Assembly: GCA_041601615.1 (NCBI GenBank)
Contig: JBFIHX010000003.1
Coordinates: 32,001-96,000 of the forward strand
Direction: 5' to 3'
DNA: 64,000 nt
Origin: Thermoplasmatota archaeon
GTDB taxonomy: Archaea > Thermoplasmatota > E2 > JACPAO01 > JAHFTW01
A model generated the notes under the pieces. The model had not been told where the DNA came from and ran no database searches. It saw only the letters and a program-made list of their open reading frames with translations. Within the stretch, counting starts at the first letter, position 1; each line of letters starts with the position of its first letter. Both the position numbers and the translations under genes were made by a program. Shown piece by piece: positions 47,423 to 56,686 of this stretch.

Positions 47423-49017
47423 GCGCGGTCTCCGAAGCGTTCAACGGCGACGAGGGCGAGAGCGGTGAGGATCATGAGTAGCCCTGCGAGTGCCACGACT
47501 TGCGCTCGGACGAGTGGGTCGAAGCTGGTGAGTCCTTGGCTGCCGATCCAGACGCTGAGGCTGCGGTTTTGGGCGTTTTGCAGGAGGAGGCTGGCGCCGA
47601 AGTCTCCGAGGCTCATGGCGGCGGCGAGGCCGGCTGCGGCGACGAGGGGGGCGCGAAGGAGAGGGGTGTGGATGCGGCCGACGATGCCGAGTGGTGGGGT
47701 GCCCACGAGGGCGGCTGCTTCGTCGAGGCTGGCGTCGTGTTGTTCGAGGGCGGGAAGCAGGGCGCGGGCCGTGAAGGGGAAGGCGACGAGGGCGTGGGCG
47801 GCGATGATGAGGACGCGGCCGGTCCAGACGTCGAGAAAGCCCGTGACGCCGTAGGTGAGGAGGATGCCAAAACCGATCAGAAGACTGCTGGCGCCGAGGG
47901 GTAGGGCTGCGACGGCGTGGAGGAGGGTGCGGGGCCAGGCTCCGAGGCGCCGGGCGCTGTAGCCGAGCATGAGGGTGAGCGCGAGCGCGAGGGTCATGCT
48001 GGCGGCGGCGTACAGGAGGCTGAGTCCGATGGCGTGTGCGAGGTTGAGTCCGGGGATGTGGGCGGCGTGATTGGGGTCGAGGAGAGCGCGCCAGGGTTCG
48101 AGGCTCCATTCGCCACGCACTTGGAGGCCGCCGAGGAGCACGGCGAGGGCGGGGAGGGCTCCGATGGCGGCAAGCAGCCACGCGAGGGTTCGGTCGCGGC
48201 GGCGTTCGGGTGCGTCGGGGATGGGTTCGCGGGGCAGGCGGGTTTGGCGGCGAATCAGGACGAGGTAGCCGATGAGCAAGAGGGAGTTTGCGGCGAGTTG
48301 GAGGATGCCGAGGACGGCGGCGCGGTTGCGTCTTGGAAAGGCGCCGCGTAGGTTTTCGTAGAGGAGGGTTTCGAGGGTCGAGACGGTGTTGTCGCCGAGG
48401 TACAGCACGACGCCGAAGCTGCTGAAGGCAAAGAGCCAGACGAGCACGGCGACGGCGAGTATGCTTGGCAGTAGGAGTGGTATGGTGGTGCGTAGGGCGG
48501 CGGCGCGGGGGCTGGCGCCGAGGACGCGGGCGGCGGCTTCTAGGCGGCGGGGGCGGCGTTCGAGGGCGGCGTGTAGGAGGCGGGCGGCGAAGCCGTAGTT
48601 GTAGTAGGCGTGGGCGATGACGACGGAGCCGAGTGGTCCGACGGCGGAGAGGATGTTGATGCCGAGGGTGCGTTCGCTCCAGCCGTCGGCGCCGAGGGTG
48701 GCTTGGATGCCGAAGACGACGACGAAGACGGGCAGGACGAAGGGGGCGGCGTGGATGGCAAGCGGTGCCCTGGTGCGCGGGAGTCGGGTGTGATGAAACC
48801 AGGCAAGCGGCAGGGCGAGGGCGAGGGTGAGGGCGACGCTGAGGCTGGCCATCCAGGCGGCTCCGAGGAGTCGGCTGTGCACGAGGGGGTGGCTTGCGGC
48901 CCAGCGCCATGCCTCCGCGTCTGCTGCGGTGAGGGTGGCGAGGAGGGGGCGGAAGAAGGCGAAGGCTAGAAAGAGGGCCGGCACGGCGAGGAGGGCCGCG
49001 ACGGTGCCGCGTTTCAT
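47419..49017 (-). CDS. thiP: Thiamine/iron-type ABC transporter permease
   Basis: Duplicated permease domains with EAAARVLGA / EAAALVG loops; SLGDFGA. Confidence 0.8.
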   Translation of the reverse strand: MKRGTVAALLAVPALFLAFAFFRPLLATLTAADAEAWRWAASHPLVHSRLLGAAWMASLSVALTLALALPLAWFHHTRLPRTRAPLAIHAAPFVLPVFVVVFGIQATLGADGWSERTLGINILSAVGPLGSVVIAHAYYNYGFAARLLHAALERRPRRLEAAARVLGASPRAAALRTTIPLLLPSILAVAVLVWLFAFSSFGVVLYLGDNTVSTLETLLYENLRGAFPRRNRAAVLGILQLAANSLLLIGYLVLIRRQTRLPREPIPDAPERRRDRTLAWLLAAIGALPALAVLLGGLQVRGEWSLEPWRALLDPNHAAHIPGLNLAHAIGLSLLYAAASMTLALALTLMLGYSARRLGAWPRTLLHAVAALPLGASSLLIGFGILLTYGVTGFLDVWTGRVLIIAAHALVAFPFTARALLPALEQHDASLDEAAALVGTPPLGIVGRIHTPLLRAPLVAAAGLAAAMSLGDFGASLLLQNAQNRSLSVWIGSQGLTSFDPLVRAQVVALAGLLMILTALALVAVERFGDRA

Positions 49018-50237
49018 GCGCGGTGGAGGTCGTATAGGTCGGCCCAGTCCTGGACCCAGTCGTCTACGTTGGCACCGATGGTTTCGTAGTCGAGGTGGGC
49101 TACGATGAGGTCGCGGGGGTAGGGGTCGTTGCCGGCGAAGACGTCTTTGACGCTTTGGCGAGACAATGGCGTGTCCACGACGGGGTAGATGGCGTTGTGT
49201 GGGGCTGCGAGGCCTTGGAATTCGTCGGTGAGGGTGAATTCGATCCAGGCTTCGGCGACGGCGCGGTTTTTGGTGCCGTTGAGAATACCCATGGTTTGGA
49301 TTTGCTCGAAGACGCTTTGGGGTGCTAGGAGGTTGCCGTTCAGGGTTTCGGCGCCGTAGTAGAGCTCAAAGGCGGGGCTGCTGGTGTAGCTCGTGACGAT
49401 GGTTTTGTCGCCTCGGGTGCCTTCTTCGTATTGGCCGTAGCCGCCGCTGAATCGGTCGACGTAGGCTTCGCTCCAGCCGCTGGTGACAGTGACGCCGCCC
49501 TCGAAGAGCGCGTCCCAGTAGCCGAGGTAGCAGGCTTCGCCGTAGGTGGCGACGGTGGCGAGCAGGAAGCCGAGGCCGGGGCTGCTGAAGCGGGGGTCTT
49601 CGGTGACGAATGCTTCGGCGTTGTCGACGAGGTCGTCCATGCTGGTGATGCTGGGGCCGGTGCGGGGGTCGATGTTGACTGCGATGTAGCCTCGGTCGAC
49701 GGGGGTGGCGAGCCAGGTTCCGTTGTTGTCGGTGGGGACGAAGCGGAATTCGGGTTCGATGCGGGGGGCGCCGAGTGGGGTGTAGGCGTCGAAGATGTCG
49801 GCGGCTACGGCTTTGCTCATGAGTGCGTTGTCGATGCCGTAGAGGATGTCGAAGGATCCGCCGCCTGCTTCGTGGTCTTGGACGGCGAGTTGGAGTGCGC
49901 TGCCGGCGTCGTCTGCGGCAACTTGGGTGATTTTTGCTCCGGTGCGGTTTTCAAAGAGCGAGCGGGCTGCTTCGAAGGCGGAGCTGAATGCGCCGTGGTC
50001 GAGGATGGTCAGGGTTTCGCCTTCCAGGTTGGGCCAGGTTTGTCCGTCGAAGCCCATGTCGGAGTAGAGCGTTTGGCTGTTGGCGTCGAAGTCGATGGCG
50101 GTGGCCGAGCGTATGGCTGGTTCCTGGTCGGGATTGGCGTTTTGCCAGCAGACTTCGGGGCTGTCGAAGCCGAAGCAGCCGGAGAGGCCGGGGGCGAGCA
50201 GGAGGAGCATGGCGTAGGTTGCGAGGGGGGTCTTCAT
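49014..50237 (-). CDS. thiB: Thiamine ABC transporter substrate-binding lipoprotein
   Basis: Lipobox LSGC; GIDN, DPRFSSPGLGFL, GWSEAY, SYTSSPA. Confidence 0.85.
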   Translation of the reverse strand: MKTPLATYAMLLLLAPGLSGCFGFDSPEVCWQNANPDQEPAIRSATAIDFDANSQTLYSDMGFDGQTWPNLEGETLTILDHGAFSSAFEAARSLFENRTGAKITQVAADDAGSALQLAVQDHEAGGGSFDILYGIDNALMSKAVAADIFDAYTPLGAPRIEPEFRFVPTDNNGTWLATPVDRGYIAVNIDPRTGPSITSMDDLVDNAEAFVTEDPRFSSPGLGFLLATVATYGEACYLGYWDALFEGGVTVTSGWSEAYVDRFSGGYGQYEEGTRGDKTIVTSYTSSPAFELYYGAETLNGNLLAPQSVFEQIQTMGILNGTKNRAVAEAWIEFTLTDEFQGLAAPHNAIYPVVDTPLSRQSVKDVFAGNDPYPRDLIVAHLDYETIGANVDDWVQDWADLYDLHRA

Positions 50238-51016
50238 GGAGGCACCTGGGATGCGAGTCGGAGGATGGTCTTGGCGACGTCTGTGGCGGTGTGTCCGGCC
50301 ACGTAGAGGCAGGGTTCGATGCCGATGGCTCCAGGGTCGTGGATCAGCATCGGCGTCCGGGGGGACTTCTGGACTGCCTGCAAGAAGAGTTCGGTCCGGT
50401 CCCCGTCGCCGTCGAGACGCACGGATGTGCCGGCGATGCGGGCGAGATCTGCGCCGCCTCGGATGTTGGCAAGGGCGTGAATGTCTTCGTCTCGGGCGCG
50501 CAATGCAAGGAGGCAGGCGGCGAGGTGTTTGCTGCCGCCGAGCACGGGGGGTGCTGGGCGCAGGATGCGGTCGCCTGCCAATACGAGGCGGGCGGGGTAG
50601 GCAAGGATCTTGGAGGGGTCTGTGGCGCCGGGGAGGGCGCGGGCGAGGTTCATGCCTACTTGGGGCATCACGGCCGCGATGTTTACCGAGAGCAGGTGCC
50701 GTTCTGCTTGCAACAGGTCGTCGAGGGCGTGGTCGCCGTGGTCGCGGGCCACGGTCAATGTCGTGCACCAGGTGCTTGGGCCGTCGCGGAGGGCGGAATT
50801 GTCCAGGTCTGCAATCAACTCGTCTACGAGGCGCAAAACCAGGGGGTCTTCGTCCTCGTCGCGTGCTTGGTACTTGCTGATCATTGCTTGGCTAACACCG
50901 ATGGCGTCGGCGGTGCGGCTCTGGCTCCAGCCATCTGCTACTAGTCTTCGGGCTGCTTCAGCGCGCACGCGGGGAAACACGTGGTCGGCAAGATGGAAGC
51001 AGGCCGGGACGGGCAC
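50234..51016 (-). CDS. thiR: ThiR-type regulator (HTH plus ThiN-like thiamine-phosphate domain)
   Basis: N-terminal GWSQ...IGVSQAMISKY HTH; PQVGMNL, GGSKHLA, NIR, GIEP of the ThiN fold; first gene of the thiBPQ operon. Confidence 0.75.
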   Translation of the reverse strand: MPVPACFHLADHVFPRVRAEAARRLVADGWSQSRTADAIGVSQAMISKYQARDEDEDPLVLRLVDELIADLDNSALRDGPSTWCTTLTVARDHGDHALDDLLQAERHLLSVNIAAVMPQVGMNLARALPGATDPSKILAYPARLVLAGDRILRPAPPVLGGSKHLAACLLALRARDEDIHALANIRGGADLARIAGTSVRLDGDGDRTELFLQAVQKSPRTPMLIHDPGAIGIEPCLYVAGHTATDVAKTILRLASQVPP

Positions 51017-51037
51017 GGACGCGGGGACAAGAGAGTG

Positions 51038-51052
51038 TAATAAATGGGTTAT
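51038..51052 (-). promoter_or_regulatory. Candidate TATA box with an overlapping ATAA-N5-TTAT palindrome
   Basis: TTTATTA on the minus strand 22-28 nt before the thiR GTG; ATAAATGGGTTAT at 51040-51052. Confidence 0.45.
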
Positions 51053-51095
51053 GGAAGAGAATTAGTTGGTAATGCCGCGCTTGTGGGGCTCTTGG

Positions 51096-51530
51096 TTACG
51101 AAACGTCTATGTTGCGATCCACGGGCCCGTAGCGCGGGTGGTAGTGTCGACTTTGGCGCACCAAGCCCGCGTCGCAAAGGGATCGAAGGTGGCGCCGAAT
51201 CACCTTGCGGCTCAATTTGAGGGCGATGGCCAACTCTTGGATGCGCACCTCGCCGCGGGCGTAGACGACATCCAGGAGTTCCATCGCCTCGTCTTCGCGC
51301 AGTGCCGCCAAGTGTCGCAGCTGCTCGAACGGCACTTCGGCGGGGAACACCTGAACCTCTCGTCCTTCGCGCCGCACTTGGACTTCGCCATGTTCCTCTA
51401 GGAGCTTGATGTGGCGAAACACCGTGCCCCAGGCCAATCCGGTGGCATCGCACAAGGCCATCTTGTTGATGCCGGGCTGATCCTGGATTACATCCATCAA
51501 TTTCTCTCGGGTTTCGTCGCCTCGTTTCAA
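51096..51530 (-). CDS. Tandem winged helix-turn-helix transcriptional regulator
   Basis: PGI...TGLAWGTVFRHIKLL and LKLSRKVIRRHLRSL...GLV; TTG start overlaps the upstream stop. Confidence 0.75.
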   Translation of the reverse strand: MKRGDETREKLMDVIQDQPGINKMALCDATGLAWGTVFRHIKLLEEHGEVQVRREGREVQVFPAEVPFEQLRHLAALREDEAMELLDVVYARGEVRIQELAIALKLSRKVIRRHLRSLCDAGLVRQSRHYHPRYGPVDRNIDVS

Positions 51531-52897
51531 GAATATCCATCTCCTTCCATTTCCTTCAGGAATCCCCGCAGAGCACGGTTGGCTCCTACCTCGGAGGCCA
51601 TGGCGGGGTCGGCGAGAATGGCTCGGATTGCCTCAGTTCTTGCCTCTTCTAGGGCACCTTGGCCCGCGTGGACACAAGCCCACAAGTACGATCGTACGGC
51701 GGGAGCTACCCGGTCTCCGTGTTGCTCTAAGAGCTTGACGGCGCCCACGAAGTCATTGGTTTTCAGAAGCGATACAGCTCGTGCCACCACGAATTCGGGG
51801 CCGAATCGGCGGCTTGCTTCCATGCCAGCGGTGCTCGCCACGCGCTTGTAGTCGCCGACGGTCATGGCGCGTCGAAGAAGCAGCACTCGAAGGGCCCGAC
51901 CGAACAAGACGACCAGACCAAGAAACAGCAAAAGTCCGAAGAAACTGACACTCAGAATGGTGGTGTCTGTGGTGGACTCCGGCGTTTGCGTCGCAGGGCC
52001 TACTGGGGTGGGGGCGGGCGTTGCAGGGGCGGTGGCCGGCGGGGATTCGATCACGATGTGAGACGAGAAGGAGCCAGATTGGAGGGGCCCCACATCCAGA
52101 TGGAGGGGTCCCATGAGGTTGGTCAACTCTCCACTAGGAAGTTGAATCCCAGCCTGGGTGGCGTCAAGGTGGGTCACATTGGCAAAAATGTGGGTCACTT
52201 CGATCCAGAGGGTTGGGAGCGTGATGGTGCCGTTGGTGACGTGGAGGTACAACCGGCGGTCTTGGTACTCATTGGTGACGGTACCAGGTATGGTCTCGTT
52301 GTGACGGCGCAAGCCGGACCAGTAGCTGGAGCCGTCGGTGGAATTGGAGATTTGCACGTCCCATTCCCAGAAGGACACTTGGAAATCTCCGATCAACGTG
52401 ACGGTGGCGGCGGTTCCAGAAAGGTTGTGCATCTGCGAGACGTTCCAAACGTATTGGCTGCCTGCGCGCTGGAACACTTTGTCCTCGGGCAATGTATCGG
52501 TTTCATGGCCCATCACCTTGAGCCTCGGTCCGTCGATGCGAAGGCTACCGGTGCCGGCAACGTCCAGTCGATATTGGTCGCGGTTGGTGATTCCGTCTAC
52601 GCGGGCGTCGGTCCAGGTGCGGGTCTCCATGGTCTGGTTGGGGCCATGCATGTTGATTTCGGTGCCCACAAGCAGTCCGTCGGAGGAGGTGTATTGGTTG
52701 GCAACGATTTTTTGGGCGTGGATTTCCAACGCGCCATCGGTTGCGACGGAACGCTCGGTTCCGGACTTCAAAACGAGTTGGTTTGCCTCGGTTCGTGCAT
52801 CGCGAGCATCAATGGACACAATCTTGCCTCCGCTCCAAGCTGCAACGGCTGAAGGCGTTACTAGGAGCAGAATGAGGAGCACGATGAGGCTCCGCAT
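51527..52897 (-). CDS. Single-pass membrane protein: secreted beta-rich domain, P/T linker, TM, helical cytoplasmic tail
   Basis: Signal peptide ...SAVA; SVSFFGLLLFLGLVVLFG TM; TPR-like C-terminus. Confidence 0.7.
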   Translation of the reverse strand: MRSLIVLLILLLVTPSAVAAWSGGKIVSIDARDARTEANQLVLKSGTERSVATDGALEIHAQKIVANQYTSSDGLLVGTEINMHGPNQTMETRTWTDARVDGITNRDQYRLDVAGTGSLRIDGPRLKVMGHETDTLPEDKVFQRAGSQYVWNVSQMHNLSGTAATVTLIGDFQVSFWEWDVQISNSTDGSSYWSGLRRHNETIPGTVTNEYQDRRLYLHVTNGTITLPTLWIEVTHIFANVTHLDATQAGIQLPSGELTNLMGPLHLDVGPLQSGSFSSHIVIESPPATAPATPAPTPVGPATQTPESTTDTTILSVSFFGLLLFLGLVVLFGRALRVLLLRRAMTVGDYKRVASTAGMEASRRFGPEFVVARAVSLLKTNDFVGAVKLLEQHGDRVAPAVRSYLWACVHAGQGALEEARTEAIRAILADPAMASEVGANRALRGFLKEMEGDGYS

Positions 52898-53182
52898 GAT
52901 ATGTCCCATCGCGCCAGACTATTTGCTCCCTTCGGCACGATCCAAGTTCAAGCATTCTGGCCGAATTTCAGCATATGGAAAGACATATTTTCCTTGAACT
53001 ACAGAACAGTCATTCTCAATCGAGACTAATATGTCATTATCTGAGCTAACTTCATCAATGCTATGTGCGAAAATCAAAAAAAGGAAAACAAAGGGCAGAT
53101 AGATGGATATCTCGGCCATGACGAGCGTGGAGGAATTATAGATACAGATAGTTGCCCATGAAATATAGCGAACCAATCTATA

Positions 53183-53199
53183 CATATATTAAATATATG
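53183..53199. promoter_or_regulatory. Perfect AT-rich palindrome CATATATT-A-AATATATG
   Basis: Directly visible in an AT-rich segment upstream of the 51527..52897 gene. Confidence 0.4.
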
Positions 53200-53245
53200 C
53201 AGGTTGCTAATTAAGCACCACCCAAAATATTGGCAAAATCATTGC

Positions 53246-53965
53246 TTAGAATTGGATCCGTAATACAGATCCGGCCGATGATGGAGTGTGTTGCAAACGG
53301 CCACCATAATGCGCAAGGATGTGTCGACACAATGCCAACCCCACGCCGACACCCGCGCCGGCCGGAGGGTGCGCTCGCGGCCAAAACGGCTCACACAATC
53401 GCTCCAAACTGGAGGGCAAACCAGGACCATCGTCACGGAACTCCAGCCAGGTGCCGCCGTCTACGCCACCCGAAACGGTCACCATCCCCCTGGGCTTATG
53501 GTGGTGCAGCACCGCGTTCTCAAGAAGCGCCCGAAACACCGTCGCAACGTGCAGCGGCGGCATCGGCAACGCCGGCAGGTCCTCTTGAAGCTCCAAGTGA
53601 AAACCGGGATGTGGCACCCAGGCATCGATCAATGCGTCCCGTGTGTCTACCGTTGGTCCATCCGCGCCCGCTGGCTGCGCAAAACGCCGCACCCCGTCCA
53701 CAAACGCCTGCAAACCCTGAACCTCCGCCTGCAACGCCTGTACTGCCTGAATTGTTTGTGCCGCTTGCGCCGCTTGCGCCGTCTGACCGGTCTGCACCGT
53801 CTGCATATCGTCCGGTTCCTCCGCGCCCTCTGCCGTATCGCCGCCCGGCTGCACCAAAGATGCAAGTTTGGCCAACCTGCGCAACGGCGGACCCAATTCA
53901 TGGGCCACGAGATAGGAGAAAGCGTCCAGGTCCAACACCGGCGACGGCGCAGCCGATTCCAACAT
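53246..53965 (-). CDS. Histidine kinase-like protein (HisKA plus HATPase) lacking a sensor domain
   Basis: FSYLVAHEL..PL H-box; LLENA N-box; DDGPG, EPF, GVGLALCRHI...GG. Confidence 0.75.
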   Translation of the reverse strand: MLESAAPSPVLDLDAFSYLVAHELGPPLRRLAKLASLVQPGGDTAEGAEEPDDMQTVQTGQTAQAAQAAQTIQAVQALQAEVQGLQAFVDGVRRFAQPAGADGPTVDTRDALIDAWVPHPGFHLELQEDLPALPMPPLHVATVFRALLENAVLHHHKPRGMVTVSGGVDGGTWLEFRDDGPGLPSSLERLCEPFWPRAHPPAGAGVGVGLALCRHILAHYGGRLQHTPSSAGSVLRIQF

Positions 53966-54103
53966 AGAACAAGCAAGGCACGGGTCAAATAAGCCACGTT
54001 CCCGGCGCCCCGGTGGGCATCTAGCACCCTGCCCGCCGACATCGGCCGACGCGCATCCTAAGCAAAGAGGCAAAAAGGCCGCCCGCCTGCCAACATGTAG
54101 GGG

Positions 54104-54403
54104 ATGCCATTGGACACCGAGGTCACGAACTTCATCAATCTCCCGGTCTACACGAACCGGGGCCGCTATGTGGGCGTCGTGCAGCAGGTCATTCTTGACC
54201 TCCCGACGCGCCGCGTCGGCAGTCTGCTGCTCGGCCGCACCAGCACCAAACTCATCGAAGGCGGACACGACGTTGCCGTCCCGTACCGCTGGGTCTCCGC
54301 CACCGGCGACATCATCATTCTCAGCCACTTCCCCGACAAGGTCGTCGCAGCTGCCGCCGGCAGCAACGAGGCCATGGAACTGGAAGACGACGTCCCGGTG
54401 TAA
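54104..54403 (+). CDS. PRC-barrel domain protein (CdpB-like)
   Basis: VYTNRGRYVGVV...VPYRWVSATGDIII. Confidence 0.85.
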   Translation: MPLDTEVTNFINLPVYTNRGRYVGVVQQVILDLPTRRVGSLLLGRTSTKLIEGGHDVAVPYRWVSATGDIIILSHFPDKVVAAAAGSNEAMELEDDVPV

Positions 54404-54408
54404 CCCAG

Positions 54409-54771
54409 ATGGACCCGGATCCTTGGGCCTACCCCGATTCGGAACACACGCGGCTTCGGCTCAGCGCGGAGCACATTGCGCTCGTGGCCGAGGATGGCAC
54501 CACGATCAGCATCCCCCTTGAACACGTGCGCGCCGTCCGCGTCGAATACGAGGCGACTCCCAAAGACGCCAAGAAAGCCGCGCCCAAGAAAGGTCGAGCC
54601 GACGCGTACGCGCACGGCCAAACCTTGTTCACAGTCCTGTACCGAACCACGGACAAGTGGACGCGCCGCGACCGAGAATCCATGCAGCTGCCTGGGGCCC
54701 ACCCGGCGCTCGTGGAGTTTGCCGCGGAAGCGACGAGATTGGCGTTTGAGTGCAAGCAATCAACGGATTGA
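54409..54771 (+). CDS. Hypothetical protein
   Basis: 120-aa ORF starting 5 bp after the PRC-barrel gene, host-like codon usage. Confidence 0.55.
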   Translation: MDPDPWAYPDSEHTRLRLSAEHIALVAEDGTTISIPLEHVRAVRVEYEATPKDAKKAAPKKGRADAYAHGQTLFTVLYRTTDKWTRRDRESMQLPGAHPALVEFAAEATRLAFECKQSTD

Positions 54772-54876
54772 CTTTGCTTGTATGGTTGAAAAAATTCACA
54801 TCCCTAGCTAGTGCGGGGTAAAGAGTGAATTTGGCGAACCATCGAACACAAACCCGGCCTGACGCTCATCGGCCTC

Positions 54877-55092
54877 ATGAGCAAGACCGGGACCTCCGAA
54901 AGAGCGTTGGAACGCGCCAGCCGTTGCCTCATGGAGAAAAAGGACATCATGGCCTGGGGTGACCCGCTTCGGTACTACGCAGCCAGGCAACTGATTTCTT
55001 GGGATGCACGACTTGTGACGGCGTGCCCCAACAACATGCAAGAACAGGCAAATGACCCCGAGAACATCCATCAGGAGCCTAGACCAAACTAG
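54877..55092 (+). CDS. Small hypothetical protein
   Basis: 71-aa ATG ORF in an otherwise empty interval. Confidence 0.3.
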   Translation: MSKTGTSERALERASRCLMEKKDIMAWGDPLRYYAARQLISWDARLVTACPNNMQEQANDPENIHQEPRPN

Positions 55093-55234
55093 GGCATACC
55101 TGCAGCAATCATGAGCTAGAGCGCAAGGCAGGCAATCATTTTTGCAAGCCTAGCGACTTCAAGCCTCATTCTTCCCAGAAACTCCTCGGAACACCCGCCA
55201 CATCCCTTAACTAGAGGCACCTCTCGGCGCCCCT

Positions 55235-56416
55235 GTGGTCATCAAGGACCTCGTAGCCCGGCGCTTGGTCGGGATTGAGATGTCAGGCATTCGCAAAATG
55301 TTCGAGCTCGCAGGCACGGACTCCGTCAACATGGGCCTGGGCGAACCGGACTTCAATCCCCCCAAGCACGTGGTGGAGGCACTACACGAAGCCGCCCGCA
55401 GCGGCAAAAACGGATATGGGCCCAGCTTGGGGCTTCCCGAACTACGCTCAGCGCTGGCCGGACGCATCCGTGATTACTGGCACGAGGACGTCAACGCCGA
55501 CAACATCATCGTCACCGCCGGCGCCACCCAAGGCCTCATGGCGGTCACACAGACGTTCGTGGACCACGGCGACGAAGTGCTCGTCCCTGACCCCGGTTTC
55601 GTCCTCTACGACGCCCAGACGCGCATCTGCGGCGGATTCCCCATCCACTACGGCTTGCGGCCCGAAAACGGCTACAACCCCGACATGGACGAGATCCAAG
55701 AGAAGATCACGCCCCGCACCAAGCTCTGGGTCATCAACACCCCCGGCAACCCGACGGGCGCCTGCATGAGCAAGGAGGAAGTGCGCGCAGCTTCCGAAAT
55801 CGCCGAAGACCACGACATCATGATTGTGGCCGATGAAGTCTACGACTTCCTGACCTTCGACCAACCGCACCACTCGTTCTTGAGCCAGCACGACAACGTG
55901 GTCTGGGTCAACTCCTTCTCGAAGACCTACGCCATGACCGGCTGGCGCCTTGGCTGCATCGCCACCAAGACCGAGTACGTCAAGGCCATCGAGAAAATGC
56001 ACTACTACACGGTCGCCTGCCCCCCGACCCCCATCCAATGGGCCGGTGTCGCTGCCATCAATGGGCCCCAGGACGAACTGGAAGCGATGAAACTCGAATT
56101 CCGCAAGCGCCGGGACCACATCACCAAGCGCATCCAGGGCATCGACGGCTTCAACATGCAGAAGCCCGGCGGCGCCTTCTACGCCTTCCCGAGCTACGAC
56201 TTCGACATCAAGAGTGCGGACCTTGCCCTGCGCCTTGCCGAAGCGGGCCTCATCAGCAGTCCCGGCAGCGCCTTTGGACGACTCGGCGAACACCACTTGC
56301 GCTTCAGCTACGCCTGCGGCATCGACGCCATCGACCGCGGCATGGACATCCTGGCCGACGTGACCAAGGACCTGCCCATGCGTGGCGACCGAAGCGGCGC
56401 CCGCGTCGTCGCATAG
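55235..56416 (+). CDS. PLP-dependent aminotransferase class I/II (aspartate aminotransferase-like)
   Basis: GEPDF, NTPGNPTG, DEVY, SFSKTYAMTGWRLG, GAFY, LRFSY. Confidence 0.93.
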   Translation: MVIKDLVARRLVGIEMSGIRKMFELAGTDSVNMGLGEPDFNPPKHVVEALHEAARSGKNGYGPSLGLPELRSALAGRIRDYWHEDVNADNIIVTAGATQGLMAVTQTFVDHGDEVLVPDPGFVLYDAQTRICGGFPIHYGLRPENGYNPDMDEIQEKITPRTKLWVINTPGNPTGACMSKEEVRAASEIAEDHDIMIVADEVYDFLTFDQPHHSFLSQHDNVVWVNSFSKTYAMTGWRLGCIATKTEYVKAIEKMHYYTVACPPTPIQWAGVAAINGPQDELEAMKLEFRKRRDHITKRIQGIDGFNMQKPGGAFYAFPSYDFDIKSADLALRLAEAGLISSPGSAFGRLGEHHLRFSYACGIDAIDRGMDILADVTKDLPMRGDRSGARVVA

Positions 56417-56686
56417 GTTCCGTAGCTCCCCGCTGCCGCGGCCGCATGTGCGAGCCTGTTCGATCCTAATCCCTTCTCTTTCCACTTTGCATCACGCGGG
56501 GCACTCTCATCGCCACGCGCCCCGACCCGAACACGAACGGCCGTAGGCTCGCCGCCGCTAGAGCCCCAATGCCCCGAGACACATCGCCTGTCGGGGTCAA
56601 AAAACAACAAAGCCAAAGGAAGCAAAGGGAAGAGGACGGGAAAGGAAGGAAGAGGAAGGAAGAAGGGGAAAGAATGGGCGTCGGCC

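Noticed and set aside
52919-53185. 88-aa AT-rich ORF
   Set aside because: No recognisable motif; could be a foreign gene fragment but support is too weak to call.
54104-54403. PRC-barrel gene as a new system
   Set aside because: Resembles the described archaeal CdpB-type cell-division PRC proteins.
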